Below, piece after piece: positions 13,032 through 27,385 of a stretch of DNA of 64,000 bases. The DNA comes from Octopus vulgaris (lineage: Eukaryota). Every line of letters begins with the position of its first letter. Positions within the stretch are counted from its first letter, which is position 1. The position numbers and the translations under genes were made by a program. The notes beneath the pieces are model-generated. The model had not been told where the DNA came from and did no database searches. It worked only from the letters and a program-made list of their open reading frames with translations. The DNA lies in NCBI GenBank assembly GCA_951406725.2, contig OX597820.1, positions 119,722,001-119,786,000 on the forward strand. The letters run 5' to 3'.

Positions 13032-13878
13032 TGTGGTGGAGGACACTCTCAAGTGAGAAGTGAGCTATTCCACTACTGATAAATAGTGGACAGATACAGC
13101 AAGGAGGGTCAGTCGGCGAGGTATCCGCACGGGCCAGTCATACAGAGGATGAAATGCGTCCTCCTAATGCGGGAAATATTAGTGGCGACGAGGGTACGTC
13201 CCACTACATAACGGTGTCGTTATAACAGTGGTAACGAGGTTACGAACGCTCGCAGAAGTGTAGAAATGGAAGAACTACACGCATTGGACAAATTTGAAGA
13301 AGTATTTGAACTACACACAGTGAAAACTGGAACTAACATAGAACTGAGCTACACACAGTGAAAAATAATATAAACACGGGGAAAAATATATAAATTCTAC
13401 AGAAAAAAGATTCTGAAGAAAAGAGTGTGTGATAAATCTGGAACTCTAACACAGAACTGAACTACACACAATGTAAAATAATATAAATCGGTTTGTGAGA
13501 TTTCTGTCAGGTTGCTATGTGCTAGTAGCGCTACAGGTAAACAATGTAGACTAGTACTACCTGTGGCATTCTGAAGAGAAAAAATAATTTCCTGTGGAAG
13601 AAGAAAAAATAATAAGTGCGTGTGAAAGATTTTAGTCAGGTCACTATATGTTAGTAACTCGACCAGTAAACAATGTAGAGTGGTAATACATGCCGCATTC
13701 TGAAGAAAAAAGTAATAATGTTGTGTGAAATCTCAAATGGGGGGTATTGTGGCGGGAACCTTCAAGTGAGGAGTGGGTTGTTCCACTACTTATAGTTAAT
13801 GAACAGACACGAGAAGTATCGTCAGTTGGCGAGGTATGCAGTACGAAGATATACGTCGTCATAAGGCGGGAGTTATCA
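13032..13878 (+). mobile_element. Miniature non-autonomous LTR element (TRIM-like, Gypsy-type PBS)
   Basis: Diverged LTRs 13032-13181 and 13748-13878 (TG...CA), PBS tggcgacgagg at 13183, PPT aaatggggggta before the 3' LTR, TSD gtatg/atatg. Confidence 0.75.
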
Positions 13879-14080
13879 ATATGACGGACCTAAATAAATT
13901 AACCTAATTTCAAATCTCATGAGCTTAATTGAAGAGTTAATAATAACACGCGACACCCAAGAAGATGCTAAATTACAGACACAGAGTTCAAACAGCATCA
14001 ACAATTAAAGAAATGAGCTCACCATCGAAAACTTTTCACCCATCCATATTCGTCGAAACACAATTCGAGAGGCAAATGGT

Positions 14081-14139
<59 letters not shown>

Positions 14140-14172
14140 ATATATACCCATAATTATATATGTATGTATGTG

Positions 14173-14228
<56 letters not shown>

Positions 14229-15423
14229 TAGATAGATATATATATTCATATATATACATATACATATACATATACATGTGTGTGAAGGGGTGTCTATGTG
14301 CGCACACCGCATACTGAATACTGGATAACATTCAATGAATAATATACTCGTATATATCTGCATATCTTGACCCAATCGTATTCACTGCGAGCTAAGTGAA
14401 CGATCATAACATTATCTATGAATTATAGCCACCTGTGAATCAAGGTGGGTCTGCCCAGTAGTATCTATACCCTGGTATAAATTACTTTCAAGACTTCCTC
14501 AAAATATTCACTAATCTTTTTGAAAATGCCCACTAATTTTAGCTGGATGTATTTGCTGTATAATGTTTCCCTGGAGACTCTATGTCTGATGTTAAATATG
14601 CCACGAACATATCTGTCATTTCTTTGAACATACGTTTCGCTCATCATGGTTGAACGAAATGCATAGGGCAAAAAAAAAAAAGAAAAAAAACATAAATAAA
14701 ACGTAAACTCTTTCTACTTCTACACATCTGCAAATTATAAGATATTATAGATAATATAATATTATCTATAATATCATTATCAATGACAATAACAAGAAAA
14801 ACAACAGCAATGATCCAATATGGAAGTCGAGCCAATATGGCATTCTCATATCCAAATCGCCGTCAAATTGCACCTTAGTCTTAAAATAGTTGGATTCTTT
14901 GGACAATATAGTAGTGGATAAACCAAAAAGAGAACTTGGCCACGACAACGCCATATTTGATCATAGGCCAGTTCGAATAACAGCAACGAGAACAACCGTG
15001 TATGCAATATGGTCTCTAATACCAGCAAATCACTACTTTGGCTTGTCATATAAATTCATGAAGTTACTGCAGTAATACAGAGATTTTATAGTTTTATATT
15101 TTCGATTTCTGTGCGAGGCAGAATAGGAAGCAAACTGTAGCCAAGTTAATTATCAGAATGAAAAGATGTGCAAACTCAATGCTATTTACATTATAAGGGC
15201 TATAATTTGGAAATGTCATTCACAGATATAAGATGGAGAAGCAAATAACATTACAATAAAGACATTGAGATGATTCACAAAAGTTTAAGGCTATCTTCTT
15301 GGTATTCGTGCCAAAACTTTTCACAAGAACCTCGATGCATATATTTATCATTATCGTTTTCTGTCTCTCTCTGTACATATTTTATATATGTATGTATGAA
15401 TGTATGTATATACATACATATAC

Positions 15424-15486
<63 letters not shown>

Positions 15487-15592
15487 AACATATCTACATA
15501 TATATGTATGTGCATATGTACGTCGACTTACTTTTATTTATATGTATGTTAGGATTATACAAGTCGCGGATGTACGCATATATATAATGACG

Positions 15593-15616
15593 TCTGTCTA
15601 TCTAACTATCTATCTG

Positions 15617-15663
<47 letters not shown>

Positions 15664-15692
15664 GTCTATCTATCTATCTATCTATCTATCTG

Positions 15693-15747
<55 letters not shown>

Positions 15748-15784
15748 GTCTATTTATCTATCTATCCATTTATCTATCTATTTG

Positions 15785-15815
<31 letters not shown>
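15593..15815. repeat. (CTAT)n microsatellite
   Basis: Directly visible. Confidence 0.97.
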
Positions 15816-16209
15816 CTTCCTCTCTCTCTCTCTATCTTTCTACAAAGATACACGTGTGTGTGTTTGTGTAAGTTAGTATGTCGGTATATACGCAGGCAAG
15901 TAATACCTTTATGTAATACACAAACATACATATACATATTCACACACGACTCTATGTATGTATAAAAATATTCTTTAGAATGTTGATAAAGTATAATCTC
16001 CGACCGTAAGATACTGGCTATATTTAAATAAATGTATTCTTGTCCGGCTTGAAAATCGTGAAATATCCGTGTGTATATACTTGTAGTTCTTAAAACATTA
16101 ACATCTTTAAAAAAATAAACCAACTGAAAATTTGATCGACTCAAGTAAATGAGGCTAACTTACAATAAAAACTTGAAAACTGTGAACAAATTGAATACTC
16201 AAAACCCTG

Positions 16210-16420
16210 AAAATGATATTCACCCAGAATATATTCTCAGAGTCCATGTTTCACAGCCTGGAGAAAGCCAGTCATATATGCAACCGGTATCATATATGTT
16301 AAGAACTGCAGGGATATTGATAGCGTTGGAATGGCTGTTGATAAATTCCAGAACAACTTCTGTCAACAGTCAAAACACTATAGAAAAATATGATTGGATG
16401 AGATAATAACGATGCATATC
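16210..16420 (-). mobile_element. Old RTE-type LINE fragment
   Basis: ggctgtgaaacatggactctg = GCETWTL motif on (-). Confidence 0.4.
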
Positions 16421-17467
16421 TGAATTGCTTTTTGTTTTGTAGGGTCTAAAATAAATATAATCCCTATTATCAAATGGCGGAACATATATATGTTATCGTG
16501 TGATACCATATATTTGACGTGGTATTTACATTTAAGAAATGCCGATATCCTGTGACACGAAACTGAAATATTGAATAAACAGATATGATTAATTCCTACC
16601 TATCCTCACAGTGCATTTGCTTTTTCAATTACCATAACGATATACCGATATCAGAAACACGAAATCCCAAAAGAACACGATATTTTCTCTGCTATCTTCA
16701 AATAATATATCACGAATTAATTAGTAGTAACGCCGGGCTGAACTCTCCTGGCTAAGTGGGCCTTGAAGTTTTCCTCGAATAAACGAAATTGAAATTGAAG
16801 AAATTCAAGAGGGAGAACGGATGCCTGATATAATGTGTGTAGAACGTATTTGTACAACATTCACCCTGTGTCTTACGAAACAAACATTTAATTCTCAAGT
16901 CATTCAAGTAATGTGATCGTGAACTACAGGCCAAACTAGTAATGTGAGGCATTGGATATACGATTATATGAGGATGTGTACTGTATGAAATGATACTAAA
17001 TGTATAGAACTCTAGAGTGTTCAAGATATCAGTCGTAAGAATTATTACTCATTAAAAGTGTTTGCAGATTAATTATTAATCACACGATGCAACATACATA
17101 TACCTACGTATATACACACATTCGTATATTATATATAAATACTTCCCCTGCATACATACACAATGCATGCATACATGCATATATATGTAAATTCGTATAT
17201 ACATACATGCATATAAATATATACACATATTCATGTGTGTGTGTAAGTATTATTAGACGAGTACACTTGTATTTACTGAATGGCTATGCATAATGTCAGT
17301 GAGTAAACTTTGACTGTTACTCTGAATTTCCCCGGGTTTGGCTTATAAAGCACCTCGTGAGATAACTAATTACTTACCTACCTACCTACCTACCTACCTA
17401 CCTATCTACCTACCTACCTACCTACCTACCTACCTACCTACCTACCTACTTACCTACCTACCTACCT

Positions 17468-17935
17468 GTTTCTTTATTACCTACAAGGGGCGAAACACAG
17501 AGAGGACAAACAAGGACAGACATAGTTATTAAGTCGATGACATCGACCCCAGTGCGTAACTGGTACTTAATATATCGACCCCGAAAGGATGAAAGGCAAA
17601 GTCGACCTCGGCGGAATATGAACTCAGAACATAGCGGCAGACAAAATATCGCTAAGCATTTCGCCCGGCGTGCTAACGTTTCTGCCAGTTCGCCTACTTA
17701 CCTATTTTTTTATTACCCACAAGGGGCTAAACACAGAGGGGACAAACAAGGACAGACATAGGTATTAAGTCGATGACATCGACCCCAGTGCGGAACTGGT
17801 ACTTAATATATCGACCCCGAAAGGATGAAATGCAAAGTCGACCTCGGCGGAATTTGAACTCACAACGTAACGGCAGACAAAATATCGCTAAGCATTTTGC
17901 CAGGCGTGCTAACGTTTCTGCCAGCTCGCCACCTT
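17468..17935 (-). mobile_element. Head-to-tail dimer of SINE B embedded in (CCTA)n
   Basis: Two units ~17468-17696 and ~17701-17935, flanked by (CCTA)n on both sides. Confidence 0.9.
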
Positions 17936-18124
17936 AACTTACATACCTACCTACTTACCTACCTACCTACCTACCTACCTACCTACCTACCTACCTACCT
18001 ACATACCTACCTACGTACCTACGTACCTACCTACCTACCTACCTACCTAAATCCCTCCGTATCTACCTACACACACACGCCTTCAGAGAACTTTTCTGTC
18101 TTTATTTCTGCCGGAAATAAAGAC

Positions 18125-18233
18125 AGAAATGCTTAGCGATATTTTGTCTGCCGCTACGTTCTGAGTTCATATTTCGCCGAGGTCGACTTTGCCTTTCATC
18201 CTTTCGGGGTCGATATATTAAGTACCAGTTACG
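18125..18233 (+). mobile_element. SINE B fragment, inverted local copy of the 17468 unit
   Basis: Shares variants gcgatattttgtc, gttcatatt and gatatattaag with the 17468 unit. Confidence 0.8.
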
Positions 18234-19019
18234 GGGTTTTACTTTAGGACACACTTTGCGTTGTTCAAGAGATTCTACCATATTCCCTAATACCTTTTGG
18301 TCACAGAGCTATAAGCTTGGGAATTGTGTATCTGCTGGACACTTGAAATAATTCCTTGAATCCCAGTGATTCGTGCCAATGTTTGCATTCGTTGCTTTCC
18401 CAGCTTTTGGTGTCTTTCACTATCGCTTTTCATATTTTAGGCCTACTTTTATCTCTAAATGTTTTGTAAAAGTGTCAGCATTGTAGAAATCTATCGCTTT
18501 CTTGAGATTTCGAACAACCTGCACGCTTCCTTCCCTCAGAACTTCGTGACGGTTCATTGCTTCTGCTGAAATTCCCTCATTTGCTTGCAATGAAGAAGAA
18601 TTGGAAGATATGTTCCTATAGTGGAAGAGTTCCTCTACATATGCAATTGGAAAGACGAATGTTAAATAATGATGTTTCTTTGAGAGTTTTCGCTAAAATG
18701 TCTCTCAACCCACTGCACAGCAGATGCAAGTTGGGGAATTTGCCCCTTTTTTCTTATGAAAGGCATAGAATTAAATTAAACAGAGTTAGGACACATGATA
18801 GAAGAAGCGAAATAGTCACAAACTTTTGAATGTTCACTCTCTCTGTAGCAGATACATAGCAGAAGAATATAATACACATTTACTTATGTTTATAATGAAT
18901 GTATTCCCTTTTTAATCATCCAAGTCATTTGTTTTAAACACCATGATAGCTCCACTGAATGAAATTGCAATTAAAATATTCCAGATGCATCAATACCGTA
19001 TTTTCTGTCATAGTATCAC

Positions 19020-19628
19020 TCTATAAATAAACGGCAAAATGTGTGTGTGTATCCCTTATACAAATCCACAATTTTTTAGTTAGAGGGCTCGCACTTTCTA
19101 TGGTCATTCAAAACCGTCCAAGGATGGTCGTGCATATCTTTACATTTCCCCAGTCGCCCAGCAAAGCCATTAAAGAAATCGATAAACCGACCCTTTATGT
19201 TTCAGGTAACAAAAGTCTTTAGTACAAGGGACTTGACTCACTCCAGCAGTTTAATCTAAAGATATTAAATCATTGCAAGGAAAATAACTCTTTATATATA
19301 TTTATAAACACACGCACATATATATATTATAGCCTCAGTTTTGTGAGTGGGTTTGTACTCGGAAACTGAAAGGATTCTGTCATATATATATATGTGTTTG
19401 TGTGTTTATACCCCCACCATTGATTGGCAACTGATGTTGCGGTGTTTACATTCCCATAGATTTGCAGTTCGGCAAAATACACTGTTAGAATAAGTACTAG
19501 GCCTACAAAGAATAAATCCTGTAGTTGATTTTTTTCCAGCATGGCCGCAGTCACATGACTGAAATAAGTAAAACAATAAAAAAAACTATGCCATTTTAAT
19601 CCCGAGTAAGGCCGGGTATCTCTGCTCG
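19020..19628 (+). mobile_element. Decayed non-autonomous Helitron with a nested SINE A fragment (~19330-19580)
   Basis: tctataaataaacggc start; 3' hairpin cccgagtaaggccggg followed by ctcg|t (decayed CTAG). Confidence 0.55.
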
Positions 19629-19798
19629 TATGTAATAAAAAAGTTTGTCTTAGAAGACAGCTGAGTGGTTTCTGTGAAATTGTGGGGCATTTTATGTAGG
19701 TGGAAAAACTATTGAAAAATTTCTCGTTTGGTGCAATCCGAACAGTTTTATCTGCATTATACATTTCATGTTTCAGTGTTACATATATATATACAGTT

Positions 19799-20183
19799 GT
19801 GGAGGCGCAATGGCCCAATGGTTAGGGCAGCGGCCTCGCGGTCATAGGATCGCGGTTTCGATTCCCAGACCGGGCGTTGTCAGTGTTTATTGAGCAAAAA
19901 CACCTAAAAGCTCCACGATGCTCCAGCAGGGGATGGTGGTGAGCCCTGCTGTACTCTTTCACCACAACTTTCTCTCACTCTTACTTCCTGTTTCTGTTGT
20001 GCCTATATTTCAAAGGGCCGGCCTTGTCACTCTCTGTGTCACGCTGAATATCCCCGAGAACTACGTTAAGGGTACACGTGTCTGTGGAGTGCTCAACCAC
20101 TTACACGTTAATTTCACGAGCAGGCTGTTCCGTTGATTCGGATCAACCGGAACCCTCATCCTCGTAACCGACGGAGTGCTTCC
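19799..20183 (+). mobile_element. SINE family C (tRNA-derived head; resembles the octopus OR1/OR2 group)
   Basis: A-box tggcccaatggttagg, B-box gtttcgattcc; 3' ~190 bp shared with family D. Confidence 0.88.
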
Positions 20184-20595
20184 CCCCTTAATATATACAG
20201 TTTATATAAATTTAGTACTGGGAAAGAGACGTGCAATATGTTAGCCTTACATGAGGCCAAAATTATGTTTATCTGGAAGCGAAACCCAGCCGCTGTCTCG
20301 ATTTGCAAAAACCCGTTGAATGAAATCTCTTCATAATTGCGAAATTTCAACCGAAATTTCAGAGGAACTGATGAAGACCACCATATTAAAATCACTATAT
20401 TTGTCAGACAGTTAATTTACAAAGTCTGGGATGATGATTATCTCTGTCAATACTTGTCACACCTGAAATGTGATTGGAAAAACCACGCAATGGTAGAGTA
20501 CCATTTCAGATATTGACAGTTATAATAAATTTTTGTATATTTCTTACCAAATTGTCTTTTACTTTCAGGACTCAGCTACCTTCTGTCGGATTAGG

Positions 20596-21141
<546 letters not shown>

Positions 21142-21556
21142 ATAATATTATATTATATGATATGTGTTTGTAATAATGCTATCGACAGTGTCTATATTCT
21201 ATCAATTTGTGGCTCTCAGAATTGTTTTTGTTCTTAAAAATATTATAAACCATTAATATGTTTGAAAGTTATCTGTTATACCTGACATTGGTAAATAGTA
21301 ATGAAAAAAAATCTGTTTGACTTCTAGCTGCTAGACATAGTTGCTATCACCTGCAAATTAGAAAATAAATAAGGAAGTATTCATTACAGATTGTAGTAGT
21401 CGGTACTCGGTATTGCTTCAAACACATTTGAAATGTATCTATCGAATATCTTTTACCTGTTTCAGTCATTAGATTGCGACCATGTGGGGGTACAGCCCTG
21501 AAGACGTTCTCAGTGTTTATCTTTTTGTTGTTTTTAAAACCTGATATGTACTGTAT

Positions 21557-21789
21557 CTATTTCTTTACTACCTACAAGGCGCTAAACACAGAGAAGACAA
21601 ACAAGGAGAGACAAACGGATTAAGTCGATTATATCGATCCCAGTGCGTAACTGGTGATTATTTAATCGACCCTGAAAAGATAAAAGGCAAAGTCGACCTC
21701 GGCGGAATTTGAACTCAGAACGTAACGACAGACGAAATACCGCTACGCATTTCTCCCGGCGTTCTAACATTTCTGCCAGCTCACCGCCT
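21557..21789 (-). mobile_element. SINE B nested in an older SINE A fragment (~21452-21900)
   Basis: Near-duplicated flank ctgatatgtactgtatctatttc / ctgatatgttctgtacctgtctatttc. Confidence 0.88.
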
Positions 21790-22405
21790 GATATGTTCTG
21801 TACCTGTCTATTTCACCGAAGCGCCAAATTACGGGGATATAAACACAACAAAACACGTTGACAAGCGGTGTTGGGCGACAAACAGACACACAGACACTCA
21901 CACATGCGTATATGTATGCCTGTATGTGAATATATACATTTTTGTATATGTGTATACTCAATCACACACACACACATACACATTCACTTCCCGTCTACCA
22001 TATCGGTTAGTCGACCTGAGGTTACAGTGCAAAACAGTTACCGAAGGTTCTTACATACAGTTACGCATTTGTATTTATGTCTGTGCCTGTGTGCCTGTGG
22101 GTTTGTGTGTATGTAAGTGCGTGTGTGAGTATGCGTGTGCATATGTATGTGTGTGTTCGTGTGTGTACAAATGGTTCTGACTTGGCCGTGATAAAGTTCT
22201 TTACATATAAATTAGGGAGGGAAATTTGATGCGTAAATGAATTGATTTGTCTCAATTGTTGCTTCTCTTTCCTTCCGGCATTTGTTTTGTATCCCTTCAA
22301 ACTCAAACACATGTAAATGTATAACCAAAAGTATGACTCACAATTTTGCCCACACAACCAAAGCAATATAAATGTGTGAAATATGTATATTCTTTTCAAT
22401 ATGCA

Positions 22406-22826
22406 ACTCTTTTACTCTTTTACTCTTTTACTTGTTTCAGTCATTTGACTGCGGCCATGCTGGAACACTGCCTTTAATCGAGCAACTCGACCCCAGGACT
22501 TATTCTTTTGTAAGCCCAGTACTTATTTTATCGGTCTCTTTTTGCCGAACCGCTAAGTGACGGGGACATAAACGCACCAGCATCGGTTGTCAAGCAATGC
22601 TAGGGGGACAAACACAGACACACAAACACATACACACATACACATATATATATACATATATACGACAGGCTTCTTTCAGTTTCCGTCTACCAAATCCACT
22701 CACAAGGCATTGGTCCGCCCGGGGCTATAGCAGAAGACACTTGCCCAAGATGCCACGCTGTGGGACTGAACCCGGAACCATGTGGTTGGTTAGCAAGCTA
22801 CTTACCACACAGCCACTCCTGCGCCT
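22406..22826 (-). mobile_element. SINE family A
   Basis: Full-length reverse copy. Confidence 0.93.
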
Positions 22827-23482
22827 ATTATAAACAATTAATAAACGCCTATTAATAAACAACTGTTTATTTTCACAAAACTGAAGTAAATTATCATTAA
22901 GGTTCGACTCAACCGACATCGAACTAATACTTATTTATATCATACTTTTGGATTATAATCAATGTTGCGATTTCATATCTCATTCGGAGAAAAAAGATAC
23001 CCCTAACTCATTAAGGTGTTTCATTCATCTCCAGAGAACTCCATTATAACTTTATTTGCATAAATTAACTATCACTTAATTTATGACCGAAGTTATTTAT
23101 ATACTTAATTGATGAAAATCCGAAATATTCAGCATTTTATATTATCTGTCTTTGATTTGAACATTAAAAGTGAATGTTTCTTTCTATCAAACGGTGACGG
23201 AAAATGGCCATGTAATTTTGTCAACGTAAGATTTTATACATATATATGTTTACTAGTCAATAATTCATAAGCTGGTTTTGTAGATGATACATCTAAATAG
23301 AAAAATAGAAACAAATCTATATTTGAGACTAGACTCATTTAACTATCAATATTTAACTGTATGATTTGAAATAATATAGAACATTGAATGCCATGATCTT
23401 TTAACAGAATTGGCTCTAAATGTCAGATATATTTTTGCTCTTACTTCCCCGTCATTCAGATGGTTAGATATTTTGCTTTTAC

Positions 23483-23693
23483 CTGTAGCTAAATACCACG
23501 ATTAGTATTGAAAATATTTCAGGAAGTAAAATGGTATTGCCTGCAAATATCGTTGCAAATCTTGACATGGCATGTCTTGCTTTAAACTCTCTTCCGCTAA
23601 TTTGGCTACAAGTACCAATTCTGTCTACAGTTTTCAAAAGTAGAAAATGAAATCCGGAAACGTTAAATGTTTGCCGCTTCTGTCTAAATTTCT
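23483..23693 (-). other. Candidate exon, possibly with start MSRFATIFAGNTILLPEIFSILIVVFSY
   Basis: Acceptor ttttccatgcag|, donor CAG|gtaaaa, moderately hydrophobic N-terminus; no homology recognised. Confidence 0.2.
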
Positions 23694-24286
23694 GCATGGA
23701 AAAGGTTATTAAGTTGACAAGAACTACGTCTGTAAAGTTATGCTCGTTTTCAAGCATGCTTTCCTCAAACAAAGTAAAAAAAAAAAAGAAAAAAGAAACT
23801 ACAAGCAAAGACTTTCGTGATATACAACCTTTCGGAGATTTAAAAGGTATTTTTTGTATAGTTATATTTAAAAATGAAACAAAGCGAATCCTTTGTTTCC
23901 ATTATCATTGAACAAAACTTCCGAAATTAATAAAATAATAACAAAACAAAAGATGGAATAATGGAAAAATATAACCGATAATTCTTCATTGACGTTTATA
24001 TGAGGAATACAGAAGATAATGTTTCTGTCAAGATTTTTCTAATAGAAGATATTTAATGTTGAGAAATAGACCAGAAAATATAAACCCTAAAGTACAGTGT
24101 TTAAAAAAAAACACTTAACAATATGCACAGCTAAGAACATTACACAGAAGATGTAAATATATAGGCTCTTGCACATAGATGAAGGGTCAGGTTGATATAT
24201 GTGTGTGTGCGTGCGTGCATGCATTTGTATATGAATATGTTGCAATTCATAACACATATGTTTGTATATATATATATGTATGTATA

Positions 24287-24328
<42 letters not shown>

Positions 24329-24329
<1 letters not shown>

Positions 24330-24840
24330 TAGCAGTATCGCCCGGCGTTTGTAAGGTTTGTAAGGGAAAAAACTATATAAGCATTTTTAGAGAGTTACTT
24401 CCCTTATAGATGCCAATTCGGGCTTTCTTAGCCATTTCTGTTTTGGTGTCTTCAAGCCATGAAGTCGTTGTTCTAAAAGAACGCTGGTCTCCTTGACAAC
24501 GTTTTACGACGTTGATTTCCTTACACTCCCTTCCCCACAGCTTCACGAGGGAGGGAAGAAGGGGAGAAGCAAACAGGTGCAGGTGTGACCATGGACGCCA
24601 ACTCCGCCGCCATCGACACACGAAAAATTATGCATTAAAATGGAATAAAAAATGATGTTAAATTATTTTTAAAATCGTAGACTCATCGTAGACGCGCCCT
24701 AATACTCAGACGGGCTCGATATGAATCACGACTATAAGATACCCGCATTTGGTTAAACTGCACTGCAAAATGTGGGAGTAGTTAGGAATCTAAATCGAAG
24801 AGGACAGACACTCACACAACTTCAGTTTTATATATATAGA
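24329..24840 (-). mobile_element. Non-autonomous Helitron (same family as 10836-11237, different interior)
   Basis: A|TC...CTAG|T on (-); shared ends gactcatcgtagacgcgc...ggagtagttaggaatctaaatcg. Confidence 0.85.
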
Positions 24841-25035
24841 TATATATATATATAGTAACTAACCGAAGACTTTGATTTCGTTATTGTTCCTTCTGCTTTA
24901 CATATGTGAGTTACATGTATATGTTATATGTGGAGTTATATTTGTAGAAAATAGAAATATGCGGTCTTTGACTGCTATTTCTAATTTTTCGGTATGTGGC
25001 TTAGCAACCTGTTGCTTGCCATGTTTATCTATCAT

Positions 25036-25118
<83 letters not shown>

Positions 25119-25164
25119 ATATATATATATATAACTTTTGTTAAAAAGTTCCTACCGATAATGG

Positions 25165-25202
<38 letters not shown>

Positions 25203-25224
25203 AAAAAGTTCCTTTAATGGTTAT

Positions 25225-25278
<54 letters not shown>

Positions 25279-25355
25279 ATTGGAGGATATGTTAACCTCG
25301 CAAAGGGTTCAATACTTAGTGTTGTTGGGCAATGAACTTCCCTTAAAACAATTGG

Positions 25356-25763
25356 TTTATATTAAGCATATAGTTTCTATCCAGTTAAAGGAAGAAACGA
25401 AAATGGAGATAAATTAGTTGACAATTATTTATTATGAACAAATTGGTCATCGTTGCTTCTTACAGCCTTTTCAATTAACACTCAATAATTTAATTACAAC
25501 TTTGTACAAGAAATTTGCATTTATGTGACATGAGCATAAATTCGTCAGAGAGAAAAAAAGAGATGTAGATGGGATTTTATATGTGGACCTATCAATTCAC
25601 AAGTCCACGTGTACACATTTGTAATTAAATTATTGAATATCAATAGAAAAGGCTATAAGAAGCGATGATGACCAAATTGTTAATAATAAATAATTGCTAA
25701 CTTCCTTATCTCCATTTTATTTTCTTCTTTTAACAGGATATAAGTTGTGTGTACTTATATAAA
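25356..25763. mobile_element. ~410-bp imperfect palindrome, Penelope-like inverted termini with a hammerhead-like motif
   Basis: ~150-bp arms (aaaatggagataa/ttatctccatttt; caataatttaattacaa/ttgtaattaaattattg); (-) tct CTGACGA (25548-25542)...GAAA aggct GTA aga (25472-25458). Confidence 0.7.
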
Positions 25764-25780
25764 TATAAACATTTTAAATT

Positions 25781-26105
25781 TAAAGACTCCGCCGGTTACG
25801 ACGACGAGGGTCCCAGCTGATACGATCAACGGAACAGCTTGCTCGTGAAATTAACGTGCAAATGGCTGAGCATTCCACAGACACGTGTACCCTTAACGTA
25901 GTTCTCGGGGATAATCAGCGTGACACAGAGAGTGACAAGGCTGATCCTTTGAAATACAAGTACAACTCATTTTTGCCAGCTGAGTGGACTGGAGCAACGT
26001 GAAATAAAGTGTCTTGCTCAAGGACACAACGCGTCGCCGGGAATCGAACTCACAACCTTACGATCATGAGCCGGATGCCCTAACCACTAAGCCACGCGCC
26101 CTCAC
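25781..26105 (-). mobile_element. SINE family D (tRNA head, CORE-like tgtgtccttgagcaagacactt, tail shared with family C)
   Basis: A/B boxes tggcttagtggttagg / gagttcgattccc; TSD-like aaacattttaaa/aaacattataaa. Confidence 0.88.
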
Positions 26106-26963
26106 AAACATTATAAATAGTAAACATCATTTGCAGCATAATTTAATTATTCAGTTTGGAAAATTGCGATGTTCAGTGTCTTAATTTAAATTTTCTCATA
26201 CATCCTTTATTTTTTTGTCGTTGATTAATCACATCCACTATCGCTATCTGTCACACATCTATATATACCTACACACAGGCATACGCACATCCATCCATCC
26301 ATACATATGCACGCACACACGCACACATCTTCACGTGTGACTGGATCTCATAAAGCAAGGATTTGTTAGCTTTATCTTCCACGATATAAACCTGCATGTA
26401 TACTTTATGAAAAGTGTGTTTTCGTTTCCAAGTGATTGTTTCTCCGTGAGACTGCTACCACAAATGAGAGAAAATACTTATTGTTGTGAATCTATTAACT
26501 GCCATCTTGAAAATGAATTTTGCAAATTTATATTCATTTTTTGATAAATCCTCTTAGGAAATGTGTTTTCGATTGCGCTTGTATAATCTCTCTACCAGAT
26601 AAGACAACACAAATGATTTTTAAATGCCTCTGCAACGAGAGAAATGCATAGCGCCGTAGAAATGGCAAGAGTAATTTGAACAAAAATTGCTTTCAAATGT
26701 TGTCAGTGTCTAGGTTGATAAAAGTGTTTAAACGTAGAAACTTGTGGAAAATGACGTGTTAATAAAAATCAAGAACGGAAAGTTCGTTTCGAGCCGATTA
26801 TAATGTTTGAATATTGAGAATGAAATCAATATACGCATTAATGGTTAAAAAGCATTCATGGTACAAAATGGAATCAACATGGTGTGGTATGTTTGTCTTT
26901 AAATGGAAGAATTTTTGAAAACTTACATTGTAAGCCTTCCTTATTTAATTAATATTTTCCTCT

Positions 26964-27137
<174 letters not shown>

Positions 27138-27138
27138 A

Positions 27139-27195
27139 AGGAGCTTCTACAGGACTAGAACTGTTTCATTCAAATGAAATCATCAGGAAGCTCCT
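27139..27195 (-). ncRNA. Type I hammerhead ribozyme motif (intact core)
   Basis: aggagcttc-CTGATGA-tttcatttgaat-GAAA-cag ttctagtc ctg-TA/gaagctcct; perfect 9-bp stem I; GUA cleavage site between 27148 and 27147. Confidence 0.8.
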
Positions 27196-27241
27196 GATGA
27201 TTTCATTTGAATGAAACAGTTCTAGTCCTGTAGAAGCTCCT
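27185..27241 (+). ncRNA. Type I hammerhead ribozyme motif (mirror copy, bulged stem I)
   Basis: CTGATGA 27194-27200, GAAA 27213-27216, GTA 27230-27232; followed by aataaa, ~75 nt, then (TA)n. Confidence 0.65.
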
Positions 27242-27320
27242 TCTATAAAATAAATTAATTTACTCTGCCATGTATTGAGTACCTTATTTACTGTGGTTAA
27301 CCCCGACTCAACCCGGGACC

Positions 27321-27384
<64 letters not shown>

Positions 27385-27385
<1 letters not shown>

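Noticed and set aside
14465-15075. Short ORFs resembling a decayed retroelement or exons
   Set aside because: No diagnostic motif or consistent splice/frame structure
19799-19875. tRNA gene-like A/B boxes (also 26105, 43285, 57925)
   Set aside because: They are SINE heads continuing into SINE bodies; no complete cloverleaf
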